From positions 141,507 to 205,506 of the forward strand of contig CAVRAO010000002.1 of NCBI GenBank assembly GCA_963719035.1: a DNA stretch of 64,000 nt, written 5' to 3'. The position numbers were made by a program, and so were the translations under genes. The DNA is from Methanobacteriota archaeon. Lineage in GTDB: Archaea > Halobacteriota > Bog-38 > Methanoflorentales > Methanoflorentaceae. Numbering within the stretch: position 1 is the stretch's first letter; each line of letters opens with the position of its first letter. This document shows, in pieces, positions 50,672 through 61,518 of the stretch. Below the pieces are notes generated by a model, which saw only the letters and a list, made by a program, of their open reading frames with translations, did no database searches and had not been told where the DNA came from.

Positions 50672-52161
50672 CGTCTCTTGCCTTCAGTCGGTTTATTGCG
50701 CTGATCATTGCTTCAACTGATGCAATAACAATGTCACCCCTGGCTGCCCGAGCTGTTACGAAGTTACCTTTCGAGTCTTCAACACCTATGACGACGTCAG
50801 CAAGTGCGTCACTCCCTCCACTAATAGAGTCGATCCGAAACGTTCGTAATTGCACGTCTGCCCCCCCAAGGATATCATGTACTGCGTTGATAGCAGCATC
50901 GACAGGACCAATGCCGACTCGGGCCCCGATTTTGGTTTTCCCATCAACAATTGCTTTCACCGTAGCGGTTGGCGTAACGCGATTGCCAGTCATAACCGAT
51001 AGCTCTTCAAGTAAGATTGTGGGTTTCAACACCTCATTTGTCACGGCTTCTGCGATAGCATACAGGTCTACGTCCGTAACTCGTCGACCTTTGTCGCCAA
51101 TTTCCTTAACGCGGCCCATTATACGAATTAGCTCTTCTTCGCTAACGTCAAAGCGTGCATCTTTAAGCATCTGGCGCACCGCGTGTTTACCAGCGTGCTT
51201 ACCTGCTACGAGTCTACGGCGTTGACCTACCATTTCTGGCGTCATGATTCCAGGTTCAAACGTATCCGCACGTTCTATTACCCCGCGCGAATGAATTCCG
51301 GATTCGTGCGAAAATGCGTTTTCCCCAACAATTGGCGCTGTAGGGGGTAGATTTATTCTCGTGAATCGTTCGACCAGTCGCGAGGTCTCGAGAAGGTACT
51401 GTGAGTTGATGTTCAACTTTAGTCCAAAAATACTTGACAAGCTCATTGCCGTTTGAGCGAGGTCAGCGTTCCCCGCCCTCTCACCAATGCCATTAATCGT
51501 TACTTGGACTTGGTTGGCACCTGCTTCGACTGCTGACAAGCTATTCGCCACTGCCAATCCGAAATCATTATGGCAGTGCACGTCGATGGGGACTTTCACG
51601 ACTTCCCTAATTTCCTTAACAAAGTTAAACATTCGCAAGGGGGCCATAATTCCTACCGTGTCAGGTATATTGATGACATCAGCTCCTGCAGATTCTACCC
51701 CTCGACAGATGTGTCGGAGAAAGTCCATTTCAGTCCTGGTAGCATCCATTGCAGAAAAGAGGCACTTCGGTACCGTGATCTTGTACGTATTCGACTGCGT
51801 CAATTGACAGATCGTACACTTCCTGTCTCGTCTTTTTCATTGAATATTCGAGCTGCACGTCTGACGTTGAGGCGAAAACGTGAATAAGTCCAACACCGGC
51901 ACCTAAGCACGCATCAATATCCGGTTTTACGACGCGTGCAAGACCGCACACAGTTGCTTGTAGACCCTCGTCTACGATGCTCTTCACCGCGTTGTATTCC
52001 CCTTTTGAGGAAATAGGAAACCCCGCTTCTATAACGTCGACGCCTAGCTTGTCTAGGGCTTTAGCGATGGTAAGTTTCTGGTCATCAGTGAGCGAAACGT
52101 TCGGTGTTTGCTCTCCGTCACGTAGTGTTGTGTCAAAAAAAGTGATTATTTCTTTATTCAT
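50664..52161 (-). pseudogene. leuA: 2-isopropylmalate / (R)-citramalate synthase (LeuA/CimA family) gene with apparent 1-nt frameshift at a T4/A4 run (~51745-51770)
   Basis: ORF 51730-52161 is the LeuA N-terminus (FDTTLRDGEQ...). ORF 50664-51803 is the continuation (FSAMDATRTEMDFL...HCHNDFGLAVANSL). The junction ...DHGTEVP / LFSAMDATR switches frame at cctcttttctgc. Confidence 0.7.
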
Positions 52162-52325
52162 TCTCGAATTGACGAAGAAGACTATCCCTCAAATATATAC
52201 GCATGTTTACAACAATTATTGAAGAGCTACCTATAAAACGCTTTCTTTAGGAGGCACGCGCATTTCAGCATTTTCAGCTTGCTTATCTAAAGTTTGAAAT
52301 AAACGTTACTTTGATGCCAGTTTTC

Positions 52326-53048
52326 TTAGGCAAAACGTTTTTGGATCCAACTGATTAAACGTACGTTTTCTACGAAAATCACGTCGATAGTTACAGCGAG
52401 AACCCCCACCAAAAAAATCGCATCAAAAACACCGGCACCGCCAATCGATGCAAAAGCAAAGCCACTTGGATAATAAGATAGGATATTACCAATACGAACG
52501 ACGTCAGCACCGAGCAGTACACCTAATGAACCCGAGACATAGGCAATTGGACCGACGCTTGCCCACTGCTTTTTTGAAAGCGCAATACCAACAATGCTGG
52601 CTGCAATTGCAATAGCGTAGATGTTCTGGATAATGACCCCTTCTCCAGCCACATACCCCGAACTGAGGTAAGAGAAGATGGCAATGACAGAAACTCCAAT
52701 GAGGCTTGCTTTAATAGGGCTTCTGTGATCGATCATCATCTTGAGCGAAATTAAGAAAGGTATAAGGAAACCTGCCAAATCGAAACCAATGGCAAGTCCA
52801 TTTCTTGGTCCAACGGTTAGGAAATCGCGGAACAGCAGGAACCCTAGCGGCACATCGATAATGCCAAAACCAAGTGAACCTCGAAAATATAGCAATATCG
52901 AAGGAAATGAAGTAAGAAAAAGAACTGTTGAACCGATAAAGATCAAGAGTGCTTCTGACAGTTTGAAGCCCACCGTCTCGAATCCGAACACAAGTAGCAA
53001 GAGTATGAGAGAAGCGAGCAACAAAAAGGTGACTGATTCAATAAGCAT
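52326..53048 (-). CDS. polytopic integral membrane protein (hypothetical)
   Basis: 240 aa with about 7 predicted TM helices, Gly/Ile/Leu-rich. No family confidently recognised. Confidence 0.5.
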   Translation of the reverse strand: MLIESVTFLLLASLILLLLVFGFETVGFKLSEALLIFIGSTVLFLTSFPSILLYFRGSLGFGIIDVPLGFLLFRDFLTVGPRNGLAIGFDLAGFLIPFLISLKMMIDHRSPIKASLIGVSVIAIFSYLSSGYVAGEGVIIQNIYAIAIAASIVGIALSKKQWASVGPIAYVSGSLGVLLGADVVRIGNILSYYPSGFAFASIGGAGVFDAIFLVGVLAVTIDVIFVENVRLISWIQKRFA

Positions 53049-53237
53049 GGTTCGTTAGTTAAAATCTGATTTAATGAGTGGCGAGTGTTACATGACTATA
53101 TGGAAAAACAGTGCCTTTAACGCCTGTCATATTACTGCTACTTTTTGCGACTTTTTTCAACAAGAGATCTTAATACAACAACACCAGCTCCGAGAACTCT
53201 GCAAACACTAGAATTGTGGCCGAGAAGGATACTTTTG

Positions 53238-54281
53238 TTACACCATTAAAACCCTCTTGATCAACTCTCTAAAGATCGTACTCGCTGTTTCCACCTCGCG
53301 AAGGTCTATCCATTCGTCAGTGGTGTGCGCTTGGGCAATTCCGCCAGGCCCAAAGACGACGGTAGGTATTCCTGCCTCGTTAAAACGCGAAGCGTCAGTA
53401 CTCGCATCCATCGTCACTATCTGTGGGTTTTGCCCGCTATAGCGAATAGATTCGCTTAAAAGCGTAATAATCTCGTGATTTTGTAAATAAAAGGGGTGCG
53501 AAAAATCTTTTGGATCTTCCGCAAATTCGATCTTCGCTTCAGGTAGTTTCGCTCTGAACATCTCTAGAACACTTAATGCATCGTGAGGTGGCACATAGCG
53601 ATAATCGACAGCGATTCGGCATCGGTCAGGAACTATATTAGGTGTGTCACCTCCATATATTGTGCTCACGGTCATAGTTTCTCTGCCAAGCACTGGATGT
53701 TTTATTAATAACATTTTGTCGATTAGCACCACAAGCTTTGCCATTTCGACAATGGCATTCTTGCCGAGCTCTGGTTTGCTAGCGTGCGCTGATCTTCCGA
53801 TGGTTTCAATATAAAAGGTCATACGACCTTTGTGTCCGTTTGCTATCTTGAGACTAGTTGGCTCGCATACGACGCAGAAATCTGCATCTATATAAGGCAT
53901 AATGTCTTGAGCCCCTTGACTTTTAAGCTCTTCATCGACGACGAACGTCGCGAGCAACGTGCCCCTAAGCTTGCTTTGTTCGATACCAGCAATCGCATTG
54001 ATGACTGCGGCGAGACCCCCTTTATCATCAGCTGCACCTCTACCAAACAATCTCTTCCCTTTAATTTGGGGCGGAAAGAAAGGCGGCACGGTATCAAGGT
54101 GACCGCACAACATTAAAGTAGGTCGTCCTCGGCCAAGTTTGCCGATGAGGCTGTTACCAGAGCGCGTGATTTCCATTCCCAGATCCACGAGTTTATTTTC
54201 GATAAAAATGCTAATTTCATGCTCGTTAGTACTGGTACTTGGAATTTTCACCAACTCATACAGGAGTTCTGTGCTCGACAT
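53238..54281 (-). CDS. M20-family metallohydrolase (ArgE/DapE/LysK-like deacetylase)
   Basis: Metal-binding motifs LCGHLDTVPP and GRGAADDKGG. ~347-aa size like LysK/ArgE. Confidence 0.7.
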   Translation of the reverse strand: MSSTELLYELVKIPSTSTNEHEISIFIENKLVDLGMEITRSGNSLIGKLGRGRPTLMLCGHLDTVPPFFPPQIKGKRLFGRGAADDKGGLAAVINAIAGIEQSKLRGTLLATFVVDEELKSQGAQDIMPYIDADFCVVCEPTSLKIANGHKGRMTFYIETIGRSAHASKPELGKNAIVEMAKLVVLIDKMLLIKHPVLGRETMTVSTIYGGDTPNIVPDRCRIAVDYRYVPPHDALSVLEMFRAKLPEAKIEFAEDPKDFSHPFYLQNHEIITLLSESIRYSGQNPQIVTMDASTDASRFNEAGIPTVVFGPGGIAQAHTTDEWIDLREVETASTIFRELIKRVLMV

Positions 54282-54290
54282 AAGACCATC

Positions 54291-56189
54291 CTACTGAAGG
54301 ACAGACAGAACCTTAGCCCGGAGCACTTTATTTACGAGTCTACCGTCCGCTTTTCCCCGGACTTCTTTCATGACGACACCCATTAGGGGACCTATAGCTC
54401 CCACGCCCCTTGCCTTAATGAAATCGAGCTGAGACTTAACCACTTCATCAACAATCGCTTTAAGCTCGCGCTCACTTAACATGATAAATCCCAGTTCTAT
54501 CGCAGCCTCATCAGCAGTTCTCGTATCACATTCAGCCAGCACTCGAAGAACCTCGGGCACTCCTTCTTTGGAGATGGTCTTAGATCTCACGAGCTGGAAA
54601 ACATCAAGGATGTGTTTACGCTTCAGTCTATCAACGGGCACGCCATCTCTCTTAAGTTCCGCGATGACTCCTTCAAGTGTGCGGACCACAAGTGTTGCAG
54701 CATCCTTCATTTCGCCTTTTGTTATGTCGCTGTTTTTCTCGCGCCAAAGGCTCATAACTTGTTCAAAAAGTCTATTATTCTCAGACCACGCGATTTGATG
54801 GGCCAATTCATCGTTTAAAAAAAAGTCACGCTGATATCTCTGCGTCCTATCTTCAAGCTTTTCTGGCAAGTGCAGCTTAACACGTTCGATAACCTCTTTC
54901 GGGAGAGAGATAGGGGAGACGTCCGTCTCTGGGTACATGCGGGCGGCACCGGGTAGGGGTCGTAGATATTCGGAGCACCCGTCGTCCAAAACGCGGCGCG
55001 TCTCTTCAGGCACGCCCTCAGTAGCTTCTCTCGCTCGCTTTATAACTGCAGAAATCGCTTCAATACATGTCTTAGCACTCTCGTCAGCAAGTATGACAGC
55101 TGCGTCGTGCTCTCCAGCTTCTAAGAACTGTAGCAGAGCATCTTTTTCTTTGCTTGAGATTCCAAAGCGTGGCAACTCATCAGTGTGAAATATGCCTGCA
55201 ACACCCTTCTTTTTTGCCCGATCCGCGAATTCGGAACCCAATCGGCGACCCGGTTGTATCTCTTTTCCCACGAGGCCGGCAAAACCAGGAAGTAAAACGC
55301 CCCAAACACGTTTCTTCTTAAGAATTTTTGATCCGGTCTGGGTGAATATCGAGGTGACCTCAATGGGGTTTCCTACGCGCGCCCCTCGGGCTTGTAGCTC
55401 ATCCCTGATCTTGAGCAAGTTGAGCTGCCTCGAGACTTCAACATGTACGATATCCTCAACTAATTCAAGCGCTTGTACGCCTTTTATTTCGACCCGCGCA
55501 CCCCCTACAATGGAGATATTTATATCCTGCCTGATCGTCCCCAGCCCTCGCTTAACAGTACAAGCGCGCAAGATCGTTCCGATTGTAAGAGCGAGCTCTT
55601 TTACCATCTTAGGTGTTTTCAAATCAGGGGCACTGCCGATTTCAACAAGCGGAATGCCGAGCCGATCGAGCGAATAGACGTCCTTGTAGACGATTTGCGC
55701 TGCCTCCTCCTCAACGGAAAGCGAGTCGATCTTAACGGGGCCGTTTCTAAGCGATACTTGTCCGTCTACTGCTAAAAGCGCCGTTCGTTGGAAGCCACTT
55801 GTGTTCGACCCGTCGATTACCAGTTTCCGCATAGTATGGACTTGTTCGAACGGTTGCATCTGAAGCAAAAGGGCTATTTGAAGTGCAATTTTGAGGGCTT
55901 CTACGTTCATTTCCATCGGCGGCTCATCGTCATTTTCCACAAGACCTGTACTCGCGTATGCCTTGTAAGTAAACCGCCTGGTCCCAACACCCTCTTCCAA
56001 CGCAGCTCGGTCAATTTCACCCAATTCACTCTTTGAAGGGCGCAAGTAGCGATAAAACTCATAAGTCGCATCTTTAGTGTCTTTCAACTCAGCCGGACTA
56101 CTGCAAAAAAGCTTAGACGTGGTGTTGAGTTGTTGATGGATTTCCAAGCCGGCCTTTAGACCAATTTTCATATAGTCGTGATCCTTCAC
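54291..56189 (-). CDS. gatE: Glu-tRNA(Gln) amidotransferase subunit E
   Basis: 632 aa with the GatE N-terminus (KIGLKAGLEIHQQL) and GatB-like core plus the archaeal insertion. Overlaps gatD by 4 nt. Confidence 0.85.
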   Translation of the reverse strand: MKDHDYMKIGLKAGLEIHQQLNTTSKLFCSSPAELKDTKDATYEFYRYLRPSKSELGEIDRAALEEGVGTRRFTYKAYASTGLVENDDEPPMEMNVEALKIALQIALLLQMQPFEQVHTMRKLVIDGSNTSGFQRTALLAVDGQVSLRNGPVKIDSLSVEEEAAQIVYKDVYSLDRLGIPLVEIGSAPDLKTPKMVKELALTIGTILRACTVKRGLGTIRQDINISIVGGARVEIKGVQALELVEDIVHVEVSRQLNLLKIRDELQARGARVGNPIEVTSIFTQTGSKILKKKRVWGVLLPGFAGLVGKEIQPGRRLGSEFADRAKKKGVAGIFHTDELPRFGISSKEKDALLQFLEAGEHDAAVILADESAKTCIEAISAVIKRAREATEGVPEETRRVLDDGCSEYLRPLPGAARMYPETDVSPISLPKEVIERVKLHLPEKLEDRTQRYQRDFFLNDELAHQIAWSENNRLFEQVMSLWREKNSDITKGEMKDAATLVVRTLEGVIAELKRDGVPVDRLKRKHILDVFQLVRSKTISKEGVPEVLRVLAECDTRTADEAAIELGFIMLSERELKAIVDEVVKSQLDFIKARGVGAIGPLMGVVMKEVRGKADGRLVNKVLRAKVLSVLQ

Positions 56190-57460
56190 GGTAACTCCTC
56201 AAACGCACGCCACGTCCTGCTCTCGTCAACGGTTATTTCGCCAGCAATGTTAGTTTTCATGAGCTGTCGAATCTCTTCGCGATCAGACGTCTGGCCAAGC
56301 ACCCACATTAGTTTAACAAGCGCTGTTTCACTGAGCATATCGTCACCTTCAATTATCCCGGCTTTCAAGAGGTCACGACCAGTGTCGTAGACCCTATCGC
56401 ACACGGTGCCGTAGACACACTGAGAGGTCATCACAACCGGGATAGCCTCCGTTGTTTCTTTCACGTATGGGACCCATTCGCTCGTAACGTGACCGAGGCC
56501 GGTTCCTTCAATAACTAAGCCCTTGTATCCTTGCGTCAAATAGAAGTTCATAATATCGGGATTTGCTCCTGGGAAGAATTTTATAAGAGCGCATTTTGGC
56601 TCGATCTTTGGACGAACGGAGAGTTCGCAATCTCCTCGACCAATCCGATCAGTTAAGAATTGTAGCGATCTTTCCTGATATTTAACGCGTGCCACTGGTT
56701 CTGCATTGACTGATCGAAACGCGTCGCGTCGTGACGTGTGCATCTTCTTCGTACGAGTTCCCAGATGAACGAGACAGGTGTCATCTGATGCATCTTCATG
56801 CATCACAGTAAAAACGCCTGCAAGGTCACTTGTAGCTGCTACAGCTGCACAGGTCGCATTAACGACGTTGTCACTGCTCGGACGATCGGCAGATCTCTGC
56901 GAGCCGACAAGCATGACTGGCACGGGTACCTGCAGCATGAATGATAAAGCTGCAGCGCTATATCCTAAGGTGTCTGTCCCGTGCGTCACAAGCACTCCAT
57001 ACGCTCCTGCACGGACTTGATTGTAAACGCATAAGGCAAGCTCTGACCACAACTCTGGGAGCATGTTTTCGCTTAGAATGTTGTAAAGCACCATACCTTC
57101 GATGTTAGCGATTTCAGCTAAGCTGGGAATTGCGTCTATTATATCATCAGCGTCGAACTGACTCGTTACCGCTCCTGTTCGGTAGTCAATTTTACTTGCT
57201 ATGGTGCCTCCAGTCGAGACAATGCTCAACCGCGGCAACTCAGGACGTATGGGCCTAGACAGTCTTTTAGCCGTCACAGGTTTTCCTTTTTCAACGAGGG
57301 AAATCTTTAGGCCCTCAGGCGCAAAACCGACGTTATAACCGCTGTATAGCTTAATTACTATATAGGTAGTAGCACTCGGCATAAGCACGCCAAAAAACTC
57401 TTTCGCATCTTTGACCACTTTGACGTGATCACCGTGTCGTATGTCGTCCATTTTAGACAT
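56186..57460 (-). CDS. gatD: Glu-tRNA(Gln) amidotransferase subunit D
   Basis: Asparaginase-like domain (TGGTIAS; GTDT motifs) with the GatD N-terminal extension. Confidence 0.85.
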   Translation of the reverse strand: MSKMDDIRHGDHVKVVKDAKEFFGVLMPSATTYIVIKLYSGYNVGFAPEGLKISLVEKGKPVTAKRLSRPIRPELPRLSIVSTGGTIASKIDYRTGAVTSQFDADDIIDAIPSLAEIANIEGMVLYNILSENMLPELWSELALCVYNQVRAGAYGVLVTHGTDTLGYSAAALSFMLQVPVPVMLVGSQRSADRPSSDNVVNATCAAVAATSDLAGVFTVMHEDASDDTCLVHLGTRTKKMHTSRRDAFRSVNAEPVARVKYQERSLQFLTDRIGRGDCELSVRPKIEPKCALIKFFPGANPDIMNFYLTQGYKGLVIEGTGLGHVTSEWVPYVKETTEAIPVVMTSQCVYGTVCDRVYDTGRDLLKAGIIEGDDMLSETALVKLMWVLGQTSDREEIRQLMKTNIAGEITVDESRTWRAFEELP

Positions 57461-58913
57461 CAGAGTGGTGCAACAGGTCCTTTTCCACCATTTGAAGGGC
57501 GTTCTGTTGTAGCGCGAGGTGCCGCCGTTGAGATCCCAAACGCTTGCGTCGTGCCTTTATCATACGGGCTACCTCACTTGCTGCAGGCCCGCCCTTCACG
57601 CCCCTTTTAGCAATGTTTTGACTGACGTCGAGAGCTTCTCTAACATCACTAGCTGTCAAACCAAGGAGTGACAAGGACTTTCCAACATGTTTTTTTCCTA
57701 CATTATCGATTGTATCAAAATCGCAGTTACCGATTCGCACGACTTCGCCAACAATGGTGTGTGCGGTTCGAAAAGGAACGCTCGTCGTACGAGCAATAGT
57801 ATCGGCCAGCTCGGTTGCCGTTGTGAAACCTACGGAACTCATATCAGCTAGCCTCTCCCTGTTAATGATAAGCGTTTTTAGAATAGCTTGAACAATCTGG
57901 GCACAGTCGATTGCGGCACTTATGGCTTGGTGCAAATGCTGCGTAATTTCCTGCAAATCGAGATTGTAGCTATATGGGAGCGCCTTACATATTACCAAGC
58001 TCGCCATTAGCGCTCCGATAACCGTACCTGTTTTTGCGCGCGTCAATTCAAGCGGGTCAGGGTTCTTCTTCTGTGGCATAATAGAACTTGTCGAAGCAAA
58101 CTTGTCATCCAGTTCCACGTAGCCAAACTCGGATGTGCTCCAGAGTATGAGCTCTTCGGAAAGGCGGCTGAGTGTGATCATGAAATTTGAGGCAGTGGCT
58201 AGCACCTCTATGACAAAGTCGCGGGTGCTCACTGCGTCCATCGAGTTCTCAATAATCCCGTCGAAACCGAGAGCTGATGCGGTCGAATCACGATCGATCG
58301 GCCAGCCAGTAGAGGCAAAAGCTGCTGCCCCCAATGGCGATTTGTTTGTTCGATCATAGCAGTCCCCCGAGCGTGCAAAGTCTCGCTCTAAGGCATCATA
58401 ATGTGCGAGCAAATGGTGCCCTAGCGTTGTAGGCTGAGCGTGTTGCAAATGTGTAAAGCCAGGCATTATGGTGGACAGGTTTTCAGCTGACCGTTCCAAT
58501 AGGGTGCTTTGCAGTGCAAGAATGGCATCCTTGAGTGAAAGCAACTTATCACGCACGGCCATGCGAATGCACGCTGCAACCTCATCATTCCTCGACCGAC
58601 CTAGGTGCAGCCAACCAGCTTGCGCAGGCCCCACCTCATCCGTTAGCGCTGTCTCAATCGCAACATGGACATCGTCAACGTCTTTCTGTAAAAAAGCGTA
58701 ACCGCGTTTATTTATGTTAAGCAATGATTGTTTAAGCGCGTTATAGGTCGTTTGTGAGATTATCGCCTGTTTATTGAGCATTCTCACGTGCGCGAGATCG
58801 ACGAGAATGTCATAACGAAAAAGCCACGCGTCTGCAGCGATGGAGGTGGTAAACTGCGATGCGCGCTTATTGGACTCCATTAGACGGCCCTTCCGAATAA
58901 TGTTCTGCGTCAT
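57453..58913 (-). CDS. argH: argininosuccinate lyase
   Basis: Fumarate-lyase signature SSIMPQKKNPD and full ArgH length. Confidence 0.85.
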   Translation of the reverse strand: MTQNIIRKGRLMESNKRASQFTTSIAADAWLFRYDILVDLAHVRMLNKQAIISQTTYNALKQSLLNINKRGYAFLQKDVDDVHVAIETALTDEVGPAQAGWLHLGRSRNDEVAACIRMAVRDKLLSLKDAILALQSTLLERSAENLSTIMPGFTHLQHAQPTTLGHHLLAHYDALERDFARSGDCYDRTNKSPLGAAAFASTGWPIDRDSTASALGFDGIIENSMDAVSTRDFVIEVLATASNFMITLSRLSEELILWSTSEFGYVELDDKFASTSSIMPQKKNPDPLELTRAKTGTVIGALMASLVICKALPYSYNLDLQEITQHLHQAISAAIDCAQIVQAILKTLIINRERLADMSSVGFTTATELADTIARTTSVPFRTAHTIVGEVVRIGNCDFDTIDNVGKKHVGKSLSLLGLTASDVREALDVSQNIAKRGVKGGPAASEVARMIKARRKRLGSQRRHLALQQNALQMVEKDLLHHSDV

Positions 58914-59127
58914 TACATTCTCAGACGAACGGACGGGTATTATGTATTTCGCTTGATAGCATTCAGAGAGGACTTTCTACTTCTATCACAGTGAGCACGG
59001 TGCCATCGCGTTTGATCTTAGTAATGTTCGTCAGATGTGAGCGCGCAATGTACTCTTATAGTTCGATGCAAAAGTTAATCTTTGAACCAAGCAGACTCTA
59101 AAGTATAACACAACCACTTATTCGAAT

Positions 59128-60282
59128 ATGAAGAGCTTAGAAGGTAAAACCGTCATCTTAGGTGTCACAGGCAGTATCGCGGCAATAGAGACTGTTAAGC
59201 TGATCCGAGAGCTCAAGCGCAAGGGCGCAATAGTGCACGTCGTTACGACACCAGCAGCACGGCAGGTACTACACCCAAACGCGTTGGAATACGCCTCACA
59301 GAACCCTGTGATAAATGAACTCACGGGAAAGGTTGAGCACGTCGCTTTTCTAGGGAAGGACGGGTCGGCAGACATGCTTTTAATTGCGCCTTGCACAGCA
59401 AATACGATAGGCAAGGTCGCACATGGCATTGACGATACTCCTGTAACGACGTGTGCGGTCACAGCCATTGGATCGGACAAACCTGTTATAGTTGTTCCTG
59501 CAATGCACTTGTCTATGTATTCTCAGCCACTTGTAAGAGAGAACATCAATCGCCTAAGAGAGCTAGTTCATTTTGTTTGGCCACGCATCGAAGAAGACAG
59601 AGCAAAACTCGCCCATACTAGCGAAATCGTGCTCACAGTCGAGCGGCTTCTCTCCCAAAGGGATCTAGCAAAAAAGAAAGTGTTGATCACAAGCGGTGCG
59701 ACGATAGAGGCCGTCGATCCGATTCGCATTCTCACGACAAGAAGCTCAGGGAGAACTGGCAGGGAAATTGCTTATGAAGCTTTTAGGAGGGGAGCTGACG
59801 TTACTATCGTGCACGATAGCACCGCACAGCTCGTGAATCAGATACGTGTGGAAAGTGCAGCAGAGATGAGCGGTGCAGTACTTATGGAGCTGGAGAAAGG
59901 ATACGACATATTTATCAATGCGGCGGCTATCTCCGACTTTACCGTTGATAAACACGATAAAAAGATTAGGTCTGGCCAAGCGCTTCATCTCGAGTTGAAG
60001 AATGTGCCAAAACTCACCGACATTGTTCGAGCGAAGTACCCGCATCTTTTTATCGTCTGTTTCAAAGCGGAAACTAATACAACTCCGGATGAACTCATAG
60101 AATGTGCCCGCTCTATTCCCGTTGATTTAGTGGTTGCAAACGACGTGACAGTGCGAGGTATGGGCACTAAAGACAACGAAATTTACATAGTAAATTCGCA
60201 CGTCGAACGGTATCAAGGCGATAAAGCGTATCTCGCTGTGAAGATTATCGACGCTGTTGTTCAGAGAATAAACCACAAATGA
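59128..60282 (+). CDS. coaBC: bifunctional phosphopantothenoylcysteine decarboxylase / phosphopantothenate--cysteine ligase
   Basis: N-terminal flavoprotein domain (KTVILGVTGSIAAIE) plus C-terminal CoaB domain. 384 aa. Confidence 0.8.
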   Translation: MKSLEGKTVILGVTGSIAAIETVKLIRELKRKGAIVHVVTTPAARQVLHPNALEYASQNPVINELTGKVEHVAFLGKDGSADMLLIAPCTANTIGKVAHGIDDTPVTTCAVTAIGSDKPVIVVPAMHLSMYSQPLVRENINRLRELVHFVWPRIEEDRAKLAHTSEIVLTVERLLSQRDLAKKKVLITSGATIEAVDPIRILTTRSSGRTGREIAYEAFRRGADVTIVHDSTAQLVNQIRVESAAEMSGAVLMELEKGYDIFINAAAISDFTVDKHDKKIRSGQALHLELKNVPKLTDIVRAKYPHLFIVCFKAETNTTPDELIECARSIPVDLVVANDVTVRGMGTKDNEIYIVNSHVERYQGDKAYLAVKIIDAVVQRINHK

Positions 60283-61085
60283 AAGCGTTTTGCCCTTTTC
60301 ATATTACAGGGTTTTTCGCACTGAAGTCTGACGAGAAAACTGTTTCCTCGATTGGGGGCGGCATTGTTATTGCCGATGGCGCCGTGACTGAAGCCTCCGA
60401 AGGACACGGTAGCGTTTATATCAACCGACAACAGGATTCAGCACCCACCACAAAAACGGTCGCAGCATTGCTGTCTGATAGAATCGCTGATGTTAGGACC
60501 GAGCTAGCGGGGCCGATGGGCTGCGGACTTGGGACTAGTGGCGCCGGCGCTTTAAGCACCGCCCTTGCCTTAAACGAATTGTGGGGACTTAAACGCAGCT
60601 TTAATGCCCTCTGTGATGTTGCACAACGGGCAGAAATTACAAACAAAACTGGAGTTGGCGACGTTGTCGCCCAAGCAGTAGGAGGTTTCGTCGTTCGTCA
60701 ACAAAATGCGGTTTATCAAATTCCTACGCCCCCGCTCGAGATTTCTTATGTCGTCTTTGGTCCCCTCCAAACTCCGGAAATCTTGGCAGACCGAGACAAA
60801 ATCGCCGTTATTAACAAGTTTGGATCGGTCGCGTTACAGAGGCTCTTACAGAAGCCAACTTTTGACGAATTTATGCGCTTATCGAAGCAATTTGCCTGCG
60901 ACACTGAGCTCATAAGTCCAAAAGCGCAAGATACGGTCGAAGCGGTTGAAGCAAGCGGTGGACTAGCATCAATGGCGATGCTCGGAGACGCTGTTTATGC
61001 TATAGATCCTGCCAACGCGCTCAACGCTTTTGGAAAAGTTCGAAAGACAATGATATACAATCATGGCGCTCACCTTGTCTTCTAA
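60279..61085 (+). CDS. pantoate kinase (archaeal GHMP-kinase family, COG1829)
   Basis: N-terminus AFCPFHITGFF and GHMP-kinase Gly-rich motif (PMGCGLGTSGAGAL). Overlaps coaBC by 4 nt, consistent with an archaeal CoA pathway operon. Confidence 0.65.
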   Translation: MKAFCPFHITGFFALKSDEKTVSSIGGGIVIADGAVTEASEGHGSVYINRQQDSAPTTKTVAALLSDRIADVRTELAGPMGCGLGTSGAGALSTALALNELWGLKRSFNALCDVAQRAEITNKTGVGDVVAQAVGGFVVRQQNAVYQIPTPPLEISYVVFGPLQTPEILADRDKIAVINKFGSVALQRLLQKPTFDEFMRLSKQFACDTELISPKAQDTVEAVEASGGLASMAMLGDAVYAIDPANALNAFGKVRKTMIYNHGAHLVF

Positions 61086-61263
61086 ACGCACTAAAAAAGA
61101 CGTAACTTAGAACAAGAAACGGGCATCAGCACACTGAGCGTAAAAAACCAATCAAAAAGGTAGATGGAAGAACAACATATTAGTCAAGGCGCGCAGCGCA
61201 AACTTCTAACAATAATGTAGTTAATCCATCAATTCAGTCTATTTCGTAGTTCAACAAGCTAGG

Positions 61264-61518
61264 TTACTCTTCGACTATTTCAGCAAAAGCGAAGTTGCGC
61301 TTCACAGCCTTGATTTCAATCTTAACTTCGTCACCGATCTTGGTGTGTGGAATGAAAATCACGAAACCACTAATACGAGCTATGCCATCGCCCTGTTTGG
61401 CAATATCTTCGATTTTAACGTCATATTGCTTTCCGACATCTACAGGGGCAGCCTTTGGTTTACTGTCATAACTCTTATAACCGCCGCCGAAATTGTTTCT
61501 AGTATTTGCTCTATACAC
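61264..61518 (-). CDS. TRAM-domain protein
   Basis: 84 aa. The C-terminal 60 aa (YDVKIEDIAKQGDGIARISGFVIFIPHTKIGDEVKIEIKAVKRNFAFAEIVE) match the stand-alone archaeal TRAM fold. Confidence 0.7.
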   Translation of the reverse strand: MYRANTRNNFGGGYKSYDSKPKAAPVDVGKQYDVKIEDIAKQGDGIARISGFVIFIPHTKIGDEVKIEIKAVKRNFAFAEIVEE

